A stretch of DNA of 64,000 nt from Butyricicoccus pullicaecorum. Its GTDB lineage: Bacteria; Bacillota; Clostridia; Oscillospirales; Butyricicoccaceae. The notes under the pieces are model-generated. The model was not told the origin of the DNA, searched no databases, and saw only the letters and a program-made list of their open reading frames with translations. The stretch lies in NCBI GenBank assembly GCA_018365995.1, contig JAGZIY010000003.1:58146-122145 (forward strand). Direction: 5' to 3'. Below, in pieces: positions 18,524 through 28,869 of this stretch; within the stretch, counting starts at the first letter, position 1, and the number at the start of each line of letters is the position of its first letter. The position numbers and the translations under genes were made by a program.

Positions 18524-20125
18524 ATGTATACTGTGGTTGTTGCAGATGATGAAACCGAACTGCGGCGTTCGCTGATTGCAAAAACACCTTGGGAGGAATG
18601 CGGGTTTCAGGTCGTTGGTGAGGCAGAAAATGGTATGGAAGCGCTTGAACTTGTTGAGCGTTTACAGCCAGATTTGCTGCTCACAGATATTCGTATGCCT
18701 TTTTTGTCAGGAATTGCACTTGCCAGAGCGGCGAGAGAAATTCGTCCAGCAATGCACATTGCTTTTTTGAGTGGATATGATGATTTTGCGTATGCGCAGC
18801 AGGCCATTCAGTACAATATCATTCGATATTTGTTAAAGCCCATCTCATCGGCAGAACTTGCAAAAGAGCTTGTAGAAATTCGAGAAAAAATTGATAGAAG
18901 GATGCAGGAGGTTACACAGGGAGATACAGAAAGTCTACATCCGCACGACTTTTTAATGCCGCTGCTGCTGGGTGCTGATACCGTTTTGGAGCCGGAAAAG
19001 AATGAAGCATGGCTGCGTGCGCAGGCAATCGAATGTGGGATCCTATCTGACAGTAACGAAAAGCTGCAATATGTGGTACTGGCAACCTTGATTTGTGATG
19101 GGGAAAATCGGCCAATCACGACCCGAAGGCATATTCATGCGGTGGATCGTGTGCTGCATAAATATTTTCGGGCGTTCAGCTGCTTTATAGGTGGACGAGT
19201 GATTTCACTCGTTGCTGATAGCGCATTGACCTTGGGAGAATATCTGCATATCGCGACAAGCGAGATTTCGCAAACCATTGAACGCGCAACCGGAGAAAAA
19301 TGTACAGTTGGTGTCAGCCGTCCGGTGCAGAGGCTGTCTGCTTGTCATGGTGCGTATCGGGAGGCGCTCGATACCTTTGACTATATGAGCCGAGAAGATG
19401 TGGATACGCGATATATTGCAGATTTTCAGCCGGGGCACGCAGTCCAATCGGATTATTCTGAGGCTGCTGCACAGCTGGAAAGCCTCATCAAAGGCGGAAA
19501 GAACGAGGAGATACATACCTTTTTACAGCAGCAGTTTGATCGTCTGCGCAAGGGTGCGTGCTCCGGTTTGGAGATCGGTCTGTTGACCGTACAGCTTTTA
19601 TCGTCTGCCTGCCGCACGGCGGGAGCAGTGGTCGATCCGGAAACAGCCAATACCCTTTGGCGTGCATCGCCCTTGGCGGAAATTCCATTTACGGCACGGT
19701 CTTTGGAGGAAACAGCAAAGAGTATAGAGACATTTTGCTGCCATGTAGCAGAAGCAATCGTACACCAGTGCCGAGAAAGTGGGGATATTGTCTGTGAGCA
19801 GGCGCTGGCTGTCATTCAAAACCGCTATGCAGATACAGCATTATCGCTTGTCACGCTGAGTGAATCCTTACACATCAGCCCGAATTATCTGTCTGCGCTT
19901 ATTCGTAAGCATACGGGAGAAACCTTTATCAATTTGCTGACGGCAAAGAGACTGGATACAGCAAAAGAGCTGCTGCAATGTACGCGGCTTAAGGTAATGG
20001 AAATTGCAGAGCGTTGTGGTTATACCGACCAGCATTATTTTAGCTATTGCTTCAAAAAGCGATTTGGTATTTCTCCGCTTACCCTGCGCCGACAGCAGAG
20101 CGGGGAGGGTGGATATGAAAAATAA
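18524..20125 (+). CDS. two-component response regulator with an AraC-type HTH output (YesN-like)
   Basis: N-terminal receiver domain (VVVADDE...LLLTDIRMP) and a C-terminal AraC/XylS HTH (...YTDQHYFSYCFKKRFGISP). Confidence 0.85.
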   Translation: MYTVVVADDETELRRSLIAKTPWEECGFQVVGEAENGMEALELVERLQPDLLLTDIRMPFLSGIALARAAREIRPAMHIAFLSGYDDFAYAQQAIQYNIIRYLLKPISSAELAKELVEIREKIDRRMQEVTQGDTESLHPHDFLMPLLLGADTVLEPEKNEAWLRAQAIECGILSDSNEKLQYVVLATLICDGENRPITTRRHIHAVDRVLHKYFRAFSCFIGGRVISLVADSALTLGEYLHIATSEISQTIERATGEKCTVGVSRPVQRLSACHGAYREALDTFDYMSREDVDTRYIADFQPGHAVQSDYSEAAAQLESLIKGGKNEEIHTFLQQQFDRLRKGACSGLEIGLLTVQLLSSACRTAGAVVDPETANTLWRASPLAEIPFTARSLEETAKSIETFCCHVAEAIVHQCRESGDIVCEQALAVIQNRYADTALSLVTLSESLHISPNYLSALIRKHTGETFINLLTAKRLDTAKELLQCTRLKVMEIAERCGYTDQHYFSYCFKKRFGISPLTLRRQQSGEGGYEK

Positions 20126-21836
20126 ACGAACATTTACCTTATCTCGTCTGATTATTTTGCTTGTGATGGCTGTCACAGGCAGTGTGGTGATTTTATGTGC
20201 GTGGATTTTTACGACCCTCTATACCAATGCTCTGCGAAATGGTGCCGCAAGCAGCTCGGAGGAATCCCTGCATCAGGCGGCAAATGCAATCGCGGATTAC
20301 ACATCGGATACCAATCAGCTGATGCGGCGTGTCATTCTGGAACTTGAGCGGGTGGAGAGCAATGAGGAACTGGAAGAAACGCTGTCCACTTTGGTGGAGA
20401 TGCGAGATGACCTGTGCAATATCGCAGTCTATACCGAAAAAGGAAATCTTATCAATTGCTGGTCGAACAAGCAGGCGCGTAAGGAAAGAACAGGCACTTT
20501 GAATATTCAGGATGTAGATGCAGACACCAATGGACTGTACATTACACCGCCCCATGTGCTCAATCTCTATAAGGACTATTATCCGTGGGTGATTACGGTG
20601 GCAAGCCCTGCAACGCTGCTGCGCTATGGAGACAAACCTGTGTATGTGACGCTGGATTTGCAATTTTCTTCCATTGCGGCCTATGTTGATGACGTTGGCA
20701 TCGGAACACGTGGCTATACCTTTTTGATTGACCAGAGTGGACGGCTGATTTATCATCCACAGCAGCAGCTGATCTATGTGGGAATCAAACAGGAGGATAC
20801 TCTGCGTTATGCCGGTCGCGGTGATGGCGTGTATACCGAGGGAAATACCTTGCGGATCGTACGCTCGATTCCGCAAAGCAAGTGGCGTCTGGTCGGGGTC
20901 AGCTATTTGGACGAACTTGTAGAAACACCGCGGAATGCGGCTCTGCGCATGATTGCTATGGTTGGATCGGTAGCGCTGCTTCTGGTGCTTGGCGTTGCAG
21001 CGTTTGCGATGGGATTGGTTTCTGCGCCGATTCAGCGGCTGGTGGCACAGATGCACCGATTTGAACAGGATACTACAGGCTTTCAGTATGAGCCGGTGCG
21101 CGGTACACAGGAAATTGCCGTGTTGTCCGATTCCTTTGGGCACATGGTTTGCCGGATACAGGAGCTCATCGAGGAGGTCAAGCACGATGAGGAGACTCTG
21201 CAAAAAACCGAACTCAAAGCGTTACAGGCACAAATCAACCCCCATTTCTTGTACAACACATTGGATTCGATTCAGTGGATGTGTGAGGTCGGACGCAATA
21301 CGGATGCCGTGCAGATGGTGGGAGCACTGGCGCGGTTGTTCCGTATCAGCATTTCCCGCGGTGCGGAGCTGATTCCGATTCGGCGGGAGCTGGAACATGC
21401 GGAAAGCTATCTGATTATACAAAAATTTCGCTATAAAGACCAGTTTCAGTACCGGTTTGTAGTAGATGACAGCCTGCTGGACTGTCTGTGCAGTAAAATC
21501 ACCTTGCAGCCCATTATTGAAAATGCCATTTTGCATGGATTCGGTGAATTTGTAGATGCAGGTGAAATTGTCATCGAGGTAAAGGACGATGGAGAGGATA
21601 TTATCATGTCGGTGACAGACAACGGCATTGGAATGGAGGAAGATGTCTGTGCACGGCTCTTGTCTGTACAGGAGGATTGCGCCAGCGGCATTGGACTCAA
21701 AAATGTGAATGACCGCAATCAAATTTATTTTGGAGAACAATATGGGGTGTCGATTGAAAGTGAACCCGATGAGGGAACCTGTGTCACCATCAGACTGCCT
21801 AAAGTATGGAGGGATGAGCGTGCGTCGTCTATATAA
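20115..21836 (+). CDS. sensor histidine kinase (YesM/LytS-like, HAMP plus HisKA_3-type)
   Basis: The ATG at 20115 overlaps the end of the response-regulator gene. N-terminal TM, an extracytoplasmic domain and a second TM. H-box INPHFLYNTLDSIQWM. GHKL ATPase motifs (DNGIGM, GIGLKN). Confidence 0.85.
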   Translation: MKNKRTFTLSRLIILLVMAVTGSVVILCAWIFTTLYTNALRNGAASSSEESLHQAANAIADYTSDTNQLMRRVILELERVESNEELEETLSTLVEMRDDLCNIAVYTEKGNLINCWSNKQARKERTGTLNIQDVDADTNGLYITPPHVLNLYKDYYPWVITVASPATLLRYGDKPVYVTLDLQFSSIAAYVDDVGIGTRGYTFLIDQSGRLIYHPQQQLIYVGIKQEDTLRYAGRGDGVYTEGNTLRIVRSIPQSKWRLVGVSYLDELVETPRNAALRMIAMVGSVALLLVLGVAAFAMGLVSAPIQRLVAQMHRFEQDTTGFQYEPVRGTQEIAVLSDSFGHMVCRIQELIEEVKHDEETLQKTELKALQAQINPHFLYNTLDSIQWMCEVGRNTDAVQMVGALARLFRISISRGAELIPIRRELEHAESYLIIQKFRYKDQFQYRFVVDDSLLDCLCSKITLQPIIENAILHGFGEFVDAGEIVIEVKDDGEDIIMSVTDNGIGMEEDVCARLLSVQEDCASGIGLKNVNDRNQIYFGEQYGVSIESEPDEGTCVTIRLPKVWRDERASSI

Positions 21837-22803
21837 GCTTTTGCTGTGCGGACTTGTGTGTCTGATTTTTATGAGCAGCTGTACCATGCTGGAGCACAAC
21901 GGACAACAGATACCAAGACCGATGGTTGCTGTGGTTGTCAAATCCACCCAATCCACATTTTGGAAAACCGTGAAGTCGGGGGTAAAGGCGGCAGCCAATG
22001 CGTATAATTTGCAATATACCTTTGAAGGGCCGTTATCTGAGGAAGATGCAGAAACACAGAATCAGCTGATTGAGAAGGCGATTGCAGGTGGTGCACAGGC
22101 GCTTGTGATTTCTGCGATTGACCCAACAGCCTCCGTGGAAGTGATTGAGCGTGCGATACAGGAAGGTATCAAGGTTATTGTAATGGATTCGAATGCAGAA
22201 GCTGAGGGAATTTCAGTGCGTGTGGGAACAGATAATTATGCTGCGGGCAAGGCAGCAGCAGAAGCACTGTTGAACACGGAAAAGGTTGTGCGTTCTATTG
22301 GTATGGTAGGATTCGATGCGCGCACAGAAAATGGACAGGCGCGGGAACGCGGATTTATAGATACCATTGAGGCAGATGGGCGTGCCAAAATCGTGGAGCA
22401 GGTTCATTCGCCCTCAGATTCTGCACAGGTACAGGCGGAAACACGAGCGATGCTGCGCCGTCAGCCCAATCTAGACGCTATTGTGACATTTAACGAAATC
22501 ACGACTCTTGGAGTTGGACATGCGATTGAAGAAATGAAATGCAGCGAGCGGGTGCATGTGATAGGGTTTGATAACAATGTTGTCTCGGTGGGTATGCTCG
22601 AGAGCGGAGAACTGGATACCCTCATTGTTCAGAATCCGTTTGCGATGGGCTATCTTTGCATGGAGAATGCGGCGCTGCTGCTTGCCAATAAAACTGTTCC
22701 GGAGACGGATATTAAAACAGAGATTCGTGTCATCAGCCGTGAGAATATGTATAGCGAAGAGAATCAACGGTTTCTGTTTAGTTTTACAGAAACGACACAA
22801 TGA
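21814..22803 (+). CDS. periplasmic sugar-binding-protein-like lipoprotein (type I PBP fold); likely the sensor partner of the adjacent kinase
   Basis: The start ATG at 21814 follows a GGAGGG RBS and overlaps the kinase gene's 3' end. Lipoprotein signal LIFMSSC. RbsB/LacI-type periplasmic binding domain. Confidence 0.75.
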   Translation: MSVRRLYKLLLCGLVCLIFMSSCTMLEHNGQQIPRPMVAVVVKSTQSTFWKTVKSGVKAAANAYNLQYTFEGPLSEEDAETQNQLIEKAIAGGAQALVISAIDPTASVEVIERAIQEGIKVIVMDSNAEAEGISVRVGTDNYAAGKAAAEALLNTEKVVRSIGMVGFDARTENGQARERGFIDTIEADGRAKIVEQVHSPSDSAQVQAETRAMLRRQPNLDAIVTFNEITTLGVGHAIEEMKCSERVHVIGFDNNVVSVGMLESGELDTLIVQNPFAMGYLCMENAALLLANKTVPETDIKTEIRVISRENMYSEENQRFLFSFTETTQ

Positions 22804-22987
22804 TATTGTGAGAAGTGCACAAAAAATATGTGAGTACAAAAGTTAGATTTTATATTTTGCGTAAGAAATTCAACAAGATTCGTAAAACATTGCATTTCAA
22901 TTATGCTATGATTTTCGTATAATAAGATCAACGAAAAGGACAAGAGAGTCCACAATGTTGAAATGGGAAATAGAGGAGGATATTCAA

Positions 22988-24121
22988 ATGAAAATCAAGC
23001 GCATTATGGCAGCAAGCCTAGTGGCTTCTATGGCTTTGACTTTGGCAGCTTGCGGCGGTGGCAATCAGCCGGCTAGCGGCGGTGACGCAGAGCAAGGCGG
23101 ACAGGCTGCAAGCGACCTCAAGGTCAGCGTTATGTACTATAACTTTGCAGATACATATATTGCATCCGTTCGCGGCGCGTTGGATGCTGCTTTGAAGGGC
23201 ATCGGCATCACTCCGCAAAATCAGGATGGCAACAACAACCAGACCACACAGACCGAGCAGGTTCAGAATGAGGTGACCAAGGGTGCAGACATGCTGGTTG
23301 TAAACCTTGTAAGCACAGACTCTGACGATGCTGCAACCGGCGTTGTAGATAAGGCAAAGGCCGGCAATCTGCCGCTTGTATTCTTCAACCGTGAGGTTTC
23401 TGATGATGTCATCAATAGCTATGAGAACGCTGCTTTCGTAGGCACGAATGCACCAGAGGCTGGTCACATGCAGGGTGAAATGATTGGTAAGTATCTGGTT
23501 GAGAATTATGACAAGTGCGACCTTAATGGTGACGGCAAGATTTCCTACGTACTGTTCAAGGGTGAGCAGGGCAATAAGGAAGCTGAGTACCGTACCCAGT
23601 TTGCTGTGGAAGATGCAGACAAGATTCTGGAGGAAGCTGGCAAGCCAAAGCTCGAGTTCTATGATGCAAAGAATACCGATAAATATCTCGTTGACAAGAA
23701 CGGTTCTTGGTCTTCCGCTGCTGCAAACGAGTATATGACCACACTGTTGTCTGAATATAACGATGCAAACAAGAACATGGTTGAACTTGTTATCTGCAAT
23801 AACGACGGCATGGCAGAGGGTGCAATCACTGCACTCAATACCGTTGGCTACAACAAGCAGGTGGAAGAAGGCAAGGAAGCTGGTCCGTATGTTCCGGTAT
23901 TCGGTGTTGACGCAACCGACGCTGCAAAGGATCTCATTGCAAAGGGTATGATGACCGGCTCCATTAAGCAGGACGCAGAAGGTATGGCACAGTGCATTAC
24001 CGACCTCGTAAGCAATATTGCTGCTGGCAAGCCGCTGATGGACGGCATTGCGGATAAGTATACCGTAGATGACGGTATTAACAAGATTCGTATTCCTTAT
24101 CAGGTATACATGGGCGAATAA
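22988..24121 (+). CDS. CUT2-family sugar ABC transporter substrate-binding lipoprotein (galactose/glucose or ribose/xylose-binding type)
   Basis: AGGAGG RBS. Signal peptide with lipobox LAACGG. Type I PBP fold. Confidence 0.85.
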   Translation: MKIKRIMAASLVASMALTLAACGGGNQPASGGDAEQGGQAASDLKVSVMYYNFADTYIASVRGALDAALKGIGITPQNQDGNNNQTTQTEQVQNEVTKGADMLVVNLVSTDSDDAATGVVDKAKAGNLPLVFFNREVSDDVINSYENAAFVGTNAPEAGHMQGEMIGKYLVENYDKCDLNGDGKISYVLFKGEQGNKEAEYRTQFAVEDADKILEEAGKPKLEFYDAKNTDKYLVDKNGSWSSAAANEYMTTLLSEYNDANKNMVELVICNNDGMAEGAITALNTVGYNKQVEEGKEAGPYVPVFGVDATDAAKDLIAKGMMTGSIKQDAEGMAQCITDLVSNIAAGKPLMDGIADKYTVDDGINKIRIPYQVYMGE

Positions 24122-24154
24122 GTTTATATACTGTCGCGATTTGGTAGAAAAATA

Positions 24155-24189
24155 GGCCGCTGCCGCGCAAACGGTGGCGGCTGTTTTTC
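24155..24189 (+). terminator. intergenic hairpin (partial terminator or attenuator) between the binding-protein and ATPase genes
   Basis: GC-rich stem GCCGCTGCC...GGTGGCGGC followed by TGTTTTT. Such hairpins commonly raise SBP expression relative to the downstream ABC genes. Confidence 0.45.
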
Positions 24190-24242
24190 GGGAACACAGA
24201 CTGCGGCGCGAATTCGTGCGCTGCCAAGGGGAGGAATGAACT

Positions 24243-25742
24243 ATGCAAAACGATGTCCTGTTACAGATGACGGGCATTTGTAAACAATTTCCCGGCGTCC
24301 GCGCGCTCGATGGCGTATCCCTGACCGTGCGTCGAGGCACTGTGCATGCACTCATGGGAGAAAATGGTGCAGGCAAATCTACGCTCATGAAATGTCTGTT
24401 TGGTATGTACGAAAAAGACGAGGGCACCATTCTGCTGGAGGGCAAGGAGATTAACTTCAAGAACTCCAAAGAGGCGTTGGAAAGCGGCGTAGCCATGGTG
24501 CATCAGGAACTCAATCAGGCGCTCAAGCGTACCGTTATGGAAAATCTATGGCTTGGAAGATATCCATTAAAATTTGCAAATTACATCGATGAAAAAAAGA
24601 TGTATAAAGACTCTATTGCGCTGTTTGAAAAACTGGGCGTTAAGGTCGATCCCAATCGTACCATGAGCACGATGCCGGTTTCACAGCGTCAAATGGTTGA
24701 GATTGCTAAGGCGGTCTCCTATGATTCGAAAGTTATTGTATTTGATGAACCGACATCTTCTTTGACAGAAGTAGAGGTTGAGCACCTGTTCCGCATCATC
24801 AATATGTTGCGCGATCAGGGCTGCGGCATCATTTATATTTCGCATAAAATGGAAGAAATCCTGCGCATTTCAGATGATGTTACCATCATGCGTGATGGAC
24901 AGTGGATCGCCACAGAACGTGCAAGTGATTTGACAATGGACAAGATTATTAAGCTCATGGTCGGTCGTGAACTTACAAATCGCTTTCCACCCAAAACGAA
25001 TACACCGGGAGAAGTCGCACTTGAGGTAGAGGGATTGAGCGCACAGTATTCCCATGTGCGTGATGTATCCTTTAACCTGCATAAGGGCGAAGTGCTTGGC
25101 ATTGCCGGTCTGGACGGTGCAGGACGCACTGAGGTTTTGGAAAATATTTTTGGTATTGCAACACGTTCAGCAGGCACATTGAAGCTCGACGGCAAGGTGG
25201 TGCAAAATCGCAATGCAGCAGAGAGCATTAAAAATGGTTTTGCGCTTCTGACCGAGGAAAGACGTGCTACGGGTATTTTTGGTATTCGCTCCATTCGTGA
25301 AAACACGGTTATTTCCAGTCTCAAAAAATACCTAAAGGCTGGATTGTGGCTGGATAACAAGAAAATGGTGCAGGACACTGACTGGGTCATTCAGTCCATG
25401 CGCGTAAAAACCCCGACACAGGAGACAAAGATTCGTTCTCTGTCCGGTGGTAACCAGCAAAAGGTCATTCTTGGTCGCTGGCTGCTGACGGAGCCTGAGG
25501 TATTGCTGCTGGACGAGCCGACACGTGGTATTGATGTTGGCGCAAAATATGAGATTTATCAGCTCATTATCGATTTGGCAAACCGTGGTAAAGGCGTTAT
25601 CATGGTGTCTGGCGAAATGCCTGAGCTTCTGGGTGTATGTGATCGCATTCTGGTTATGTCGGGCGGACGGCTGGCCGGAGAAGTTGATGCGAAAACGACA
25701 ACACAGGAAGAAATCATGACGCTGGCAGCAAAGTACGTATGA
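24243..25742 (+). CDS. sugar ABC transporter ATP-binding protein with duplicated NBDs (MglA/RbsA/XylG type)
   Basis: Two Walker A motifs ([18 protein letters not shown]), an LSGGNQQK signature and a length of about 500 aa. Confidence 0.9.
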   Translation: MQNDVLLQMTGICKQFPGVRALDGVSLTVRRGTVHALMGENGAGKSTLMKCLFGMYEKDEGTILLEGKEINFKNSKEALESGVAMVHQELNQALKRTVMENLWLGRYPLKFANYIDEKKMYKDSIALFEKLGVKVDPNRTMSTMPVSQRQMVEIAKAVSYDSKVIVFDEPTSSLTEVEVEHLFRIINMLRDQGCGIIYISHKMEEILRISDDVTIMRDGQWIATERASDLTMDKIIKLMVGRELTNRFPPKTNTPGEVALEVEGLSAQYSHVRDVSFNLHKGEVLGIAGLDGAGRTEVLENIFGIATRSAGTLKLDGKVVQNRNAAESIKNGFALLTEERRATGIFGIRSIRENTVISSLKKYLKAGLWLDNKKMVQDTDWVIQSMRVKTPTQETKIRSLSGGNQQKVILGRWLLTEPEVLLLDEPTRGIDVGAKYEIYQLIIDLANRGKGVIMVSGEMPELLGVCDRILVMSGGRLAGEVDAKTTTQEEIMTLAAKYV

Positions 25743-25761
25743 TTCGGGAGGAAAACGAGTT

Positions 25762-26841
25762 ATGGGAAAATTAAATTTGAAGCAAAAATATGCGGATTTC
25801 CAAGCAATGAGTGCAAAGGAAAAGCATAATTTCTGGAAAGAATTCTTCATCAACAACTCTCTCTATATTTTTCTGATTATTGCAGCAATTGGTATTGGTA
25901 TCTATAATAATAACTTTTTCAGTGTACCGTCCATTGTCAATATGATTTCATTGACCGCTGCAAACCTGCCGATTGCAATGGGTATTGCAGGCACCATCGT
26001 TTTGACTGGTACCGACCTGTCAGCTGGTCGCGTGGTTGGTCTGACCGCTTGTATGTCCGCTGCATTCTTGCAGGCAGCAGACTATGGCAGTAAGATGTTT
26101 CCGGACATTCCGCAGCTGCATCCGGCACTTATGATTCTGGGCACACTGGTAATTGTTATGATTGTGGGCGCTCTGGTCGGTCTTGTAAATGGCTTCTCTG
26201 TTGCAAAGTTCGGTCTGCATCCTTTCATTGTAACATTGGCAACGCAGCTTATTGTTTATGGTGTGCTTTTGATGTTTACAAACATGAATGGCAACAATGG
26301 TGCACCGATTTCCGGTCTGGCAACTTACTACAAGGAAGTTGTAAATGGTTCCATTTTGAAGATTGGTGATGTACCGATTCCAAACTATGTCTGGTATGCT
26401 CTGATTCTTGCTATCGTTATGTGGTTCATCTGGAACAAGACTAGATTTGGTAAGAATATGTTTGCATGTGGTTCCAATCCGGAAGCTGCAAACGTATCTG
26501 GCGTAAATGTTGCAAAGAACACCATGATGGTATTTGTTTTGGCAGGTATCATGTATTCGTTCACCGGCTTCATTGAGGCTGCTCGTATCGGTTCTAACAG
26601 CCCTGCAACAGGTACCAACTATGAACTGGACGCAATCGCAGCTTGTGTTATCGGTGGTGTATCGTTCGTTGGTGGTATTGGTTCCATCAGTGGTATCATT
26701 GTCGGCGTACTGCTTCTGCGTATCATTTTTGTTGGTCTGACCTTCCTGTCTGTCAGCGCAAATTTACAGTACATTATTAAGGGTCTCATCATTCTGATTG
26801 CATGTGCAATCGATATGAGAAAATATCTCGTTCGTAAGTAA
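25762..26841 (+). CDS. sugar ABC transporter permease (MglC/RbsC/XylH type)
   Basis: About 10 TM helices, CUT2-type single permease, in an operon with the ATPase. Confidence 0.85.
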   Translation: MGKLNLKQKYADFQAMSAKEKHNFWKEFFINNSLYIFLIIAAIGIGIYNNNFFSVPSIVNMISLTAANLPIAMGIAGTIVLTGTDLSAGRVVGLTACMSAAFLQAADYGSKMFPDIPQLHPALMILGTLVIVMIVGALVGLVNGFSVAKFGLHPFIVTLATQLIVYGVLLMFTNMNGNNGAPISGLATYYKEVVNGSILKIGDVPIPNYVWYALILAIVMWFIWNKTRFGKNMFACGSNPEAANVSGVNVAKNTMMVFVLAGIMYSFTGFIEAARIGSNSPATGTNYELDAIAACVIGGVSFVGGIGSISGIIVGVLLLRIIFVGLTFLSVSANLQYIIKGLIILIACAIDMRKYLVRK

Positions 26842-26852
26842 ATCATGTCAAC

Positions 26853-26887
26853 AAAACCGAAGTCGAAAGGCTTCGGTTTTGTTTTTG
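26853..26887 (+). terminator. intrinsic terminator of the ABC transporter operon
   Basis: AAACCGAAG...CTTCGGTTT stem followed by a T-run. Confidence 0.8.
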
Positions 26888-27014
26888 TAAAATTTTAGGA
26901 AAAACCAGAAAATCGAGGAAAAATGCTGGATTTTTGATATATAATATGGTATAATAACAAAGTACGATATGTTAACTGCGGCTAACTTTGTGTAGCTGCC
27001 GAAAGGAGTTTTAT

Positions 27015-28223
27015 ATGTATTGCACCCGACAAATTACACCCGGAATTACTTGGGTGGGTGGAAATGATCGCCGTTTGGAGCGTTTCGAAAATTTATTCCC
27101 TGTTCCGCGTGGTGTTTCGTATAACACCTATTTGATTGTGGACGAAAAGATTGCGCTGATGGATACTGCTGATTCTGCAATTTCCAGACAGTTTATGGAC
27201 AATGTCATGCACACTCTCAATGGCCGTTCGATCGATTATCTGGTTGTCAATCACATGGAGCCGGATCATTGTGCTGCAATTGAGGAGCTGATGCTGCGTT
27301 TCCCGGAGATGAAGCTGGTTGGAAATGCAAAGACAATGACATTGATTTCACAGTTCTATGATATGCCGCTGGAAGGGCACAGCCTGATTGTAAAGGAAGG
27401 AGACACGCTGTCTCTGGGAGAGCATACGCTGCAATTTTTCTTTGCACCAATGGTACACTGGCCGGAGGTCATGATGACCTATGAGCAGAAAGATGGCGTT
27501 CTGTTTTCGGCTGATGCCTTTGGTGGCTTTGGTGCATTGAGCGGCAATATTTTTGACGATGAAGTAGATTTTGAACGGGATTGGCTGGACGATTATCGCC
27601 GTTACTATGCAAATATTGTAGGCAAATATGGCATGCAGGTACAGGCAACCTTAAAGAAACTGTCTGCTCTGGATATTCACGTGATTTGTCCGCTGCACGG
27701 TCTGATTTGGCGTGATAATTTGTCTTTGCTGCTTAAAAAATATGACCTGTGGAGCCGTTATGAGCCGGAAGAGCAGAGTGTTGCTATTTTTTATGGTTCT
27801 ATGTATGGCGATACCGAAAATGTAGCAGAGATTTTGGCTGGGCAGCTGGCAAATGCAGGGATCCGTAAGATTGCAATGTATGATGTGTCCGGTACAAATG
27901 TATCTACATTGATTTCTGAGGTGTTCCGATGCAGCCATGTAGTGCTTGCTGCGCCGACCTATAACAATGGAATTTATCCGCCAATGCTTGGACTTCTGCA
28001 TGATATGAAGGCGCTGAATGTACAAAATCGTACCATTGCGCTGGTGGAAAATGGATCATGGGCACCAACCAGCGCAAAGAATATGCGAGAACTGTTGGAT
28101 AGCATGAAGAATATGACCATTCTGGAGCCTGTCGTGAGTGTGCGGTCGGCACCGGGAGCGCAGACAATTGCATCTATTGAGGCGATGGCAAATACTTTGC
28201 TGGAATCTCTCCAAAAGAAGTAA
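27015..28223 (+). CDS. flavodiiron protein (FprA-type A-type flavoprotein; O2 and/or NO reductase)
   Basis: Metallo-beta-lactamase-like di-iron site motif HMEPDH plus a C-terminal flavodoxin-like domain. RBS AAAGGAG. Confidence 0.85.
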   Translation: MYCTRQITPGITWVGGNDRRLERFENLFPVPRGVSYNTYLIVDEKIALMDTADSAISRQFMDNVMHTLNGRSIDYLVVNHMEPDHCAAIEELMLRFPEMKLVGNAKTMTLISQFYDMPLEGHSLIVKEGDTLSLGEHTLQFFFAPMVHWPEVMMTYEQKDGVLFSADAFGGFGALSGNIFDDEVDFERDWLDDYRRYYANIVGKYGMQVQATLKKLSALDIHVICPLHGLIWRDNLSLLLKKYDLWSRYEPEEQSVAIFYGSMYGDTENVAEILAGQLANAGIRKIAMYDVSGTNVSTLISEVFRCSHVVLAAPTYNNGIYPPMLGLLHDMKALNVQNRTIALVENGSWAPTSAKNMRELLDSMKNMTILEPVVSVRSAPGAQTIASIEAMANTLLESLQKK

Positions 28224-28263
28224 AAATAATGCGGCTTTCTGCGGAAAGTGCATATTGATAAAG

Positions 28264-28301
28264 ATGTGAGACTGCTTTCCGTGCAGACTCACATCTTTTT
28301 A
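28264..28301 (+). terminator. intrinsic terminator after the first flavodiiron gene
   Basis: Perfect 13-bp stem GATGTGAGACTGC / GCAGACTCACATC followed by TTTTTA. Confidence 0.8.
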
Positions 28302-28359
28302 TGTAAAAGAAAACAGAGGATGCTTCTGATTGCTTTATGTGAGAGGAGTGAATGTAAAT

Positions 28360-28833
28360 ATGGTATATGGAGCAATAGATGAAAAAAGTGTGGATGGATA
28401 TACACTTATGAGCAGAGTATTTGATGCAATCCATAATAAGCAAATGGAATATAATTGGCTTATCACAAATGTGGAATGTTTAATAGACAAGATAGCAGAA
28501 TGTTACATGGATAACGATTATTGCTGGCTGACAGGAGAAGAACTCACCAAAATCGTTCGGGAAGATGATGGACAATGGATTTGGGCAGTCCTCTCTGGTT
28601 TCGAAAAGGATATTTCCTTGGCAGAAGTCCTTCAGTATCCGCTGCCGTGTGCAGATGGATATCGAGGTTTTTGGAAAAATCCGCTTTCGATGCAGCATCC
28701 TTTGGCAGCAATTGAAATTGTTCCTTGGGATAGTACACTCACTTTATTTTTCAGTAGACGAGCGGATTTCGTGCAGGACTTTTTACACTTTTTTCCTTTG
28801 AGTGAAAATCTTTTGACGTATAATACAATATGA
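28360..28833 (+). CDS. hypothetical cytoplasmic protein (157 aa) in a locally AT-rich segment; possibly an orphan immunity-type protein
   Basis: GAGAGGAG RBS 10 nt upstream. No signal peptide or TM segment. GC content is visibly lower than in the flanking genes. I could not assign a family from sequence alone. Confidence 0.5.
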   Translation: MVYGAIDEKSVDGYTLMSRVFDAIHNKQMEYNWLITNVECLIDKIAECYMDNDYCWLTGEELTKIVREDDGQWIWAVLSGFEKDISLAEVLQYPLPCADGYRGFWKNPLSMQHPLAAIEIVPWDSTLTLFFSRRADFVQDFLHFFPLSENLLTYNTI

Positions 28834-28864
28834 ATAAAAAAAGAGAGCCAGCTTTGGCTCTCTT
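28834..28864 (-). terminator. intrinsic terminator downstream of trxB (minus strand)
   Basis: AAGAGAGCC / GGCTCTCTT stem. The A-run on the plus strand becomes a U-run after the hairpin on the minus strand. Confidence 0.65.
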
Positions 28865-28869
28865 ATAGT

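Noticed and set aside
20193-21203. 336-aa minus-strand ORF, plus other long antisense ORFs at 21222-21998, 23018-24496, 24833-25856, 40586-41554, 43250-44194, 45979-46773, 47675-48535, 50100-52019 and 55522-56163
   Set aside because: Each is fully embedded antisense to a strongly supported conserved gene (kinase, SBP/ATPase, secA, flavodiiron protein, ychF, VanW, metG, metH). They have Cys/His/Arg/Leu-heavy, low-complexity translations, no RBS and no recognisable motifs. They are typical shadow ORFs of moderately GC-rich coding DNA.
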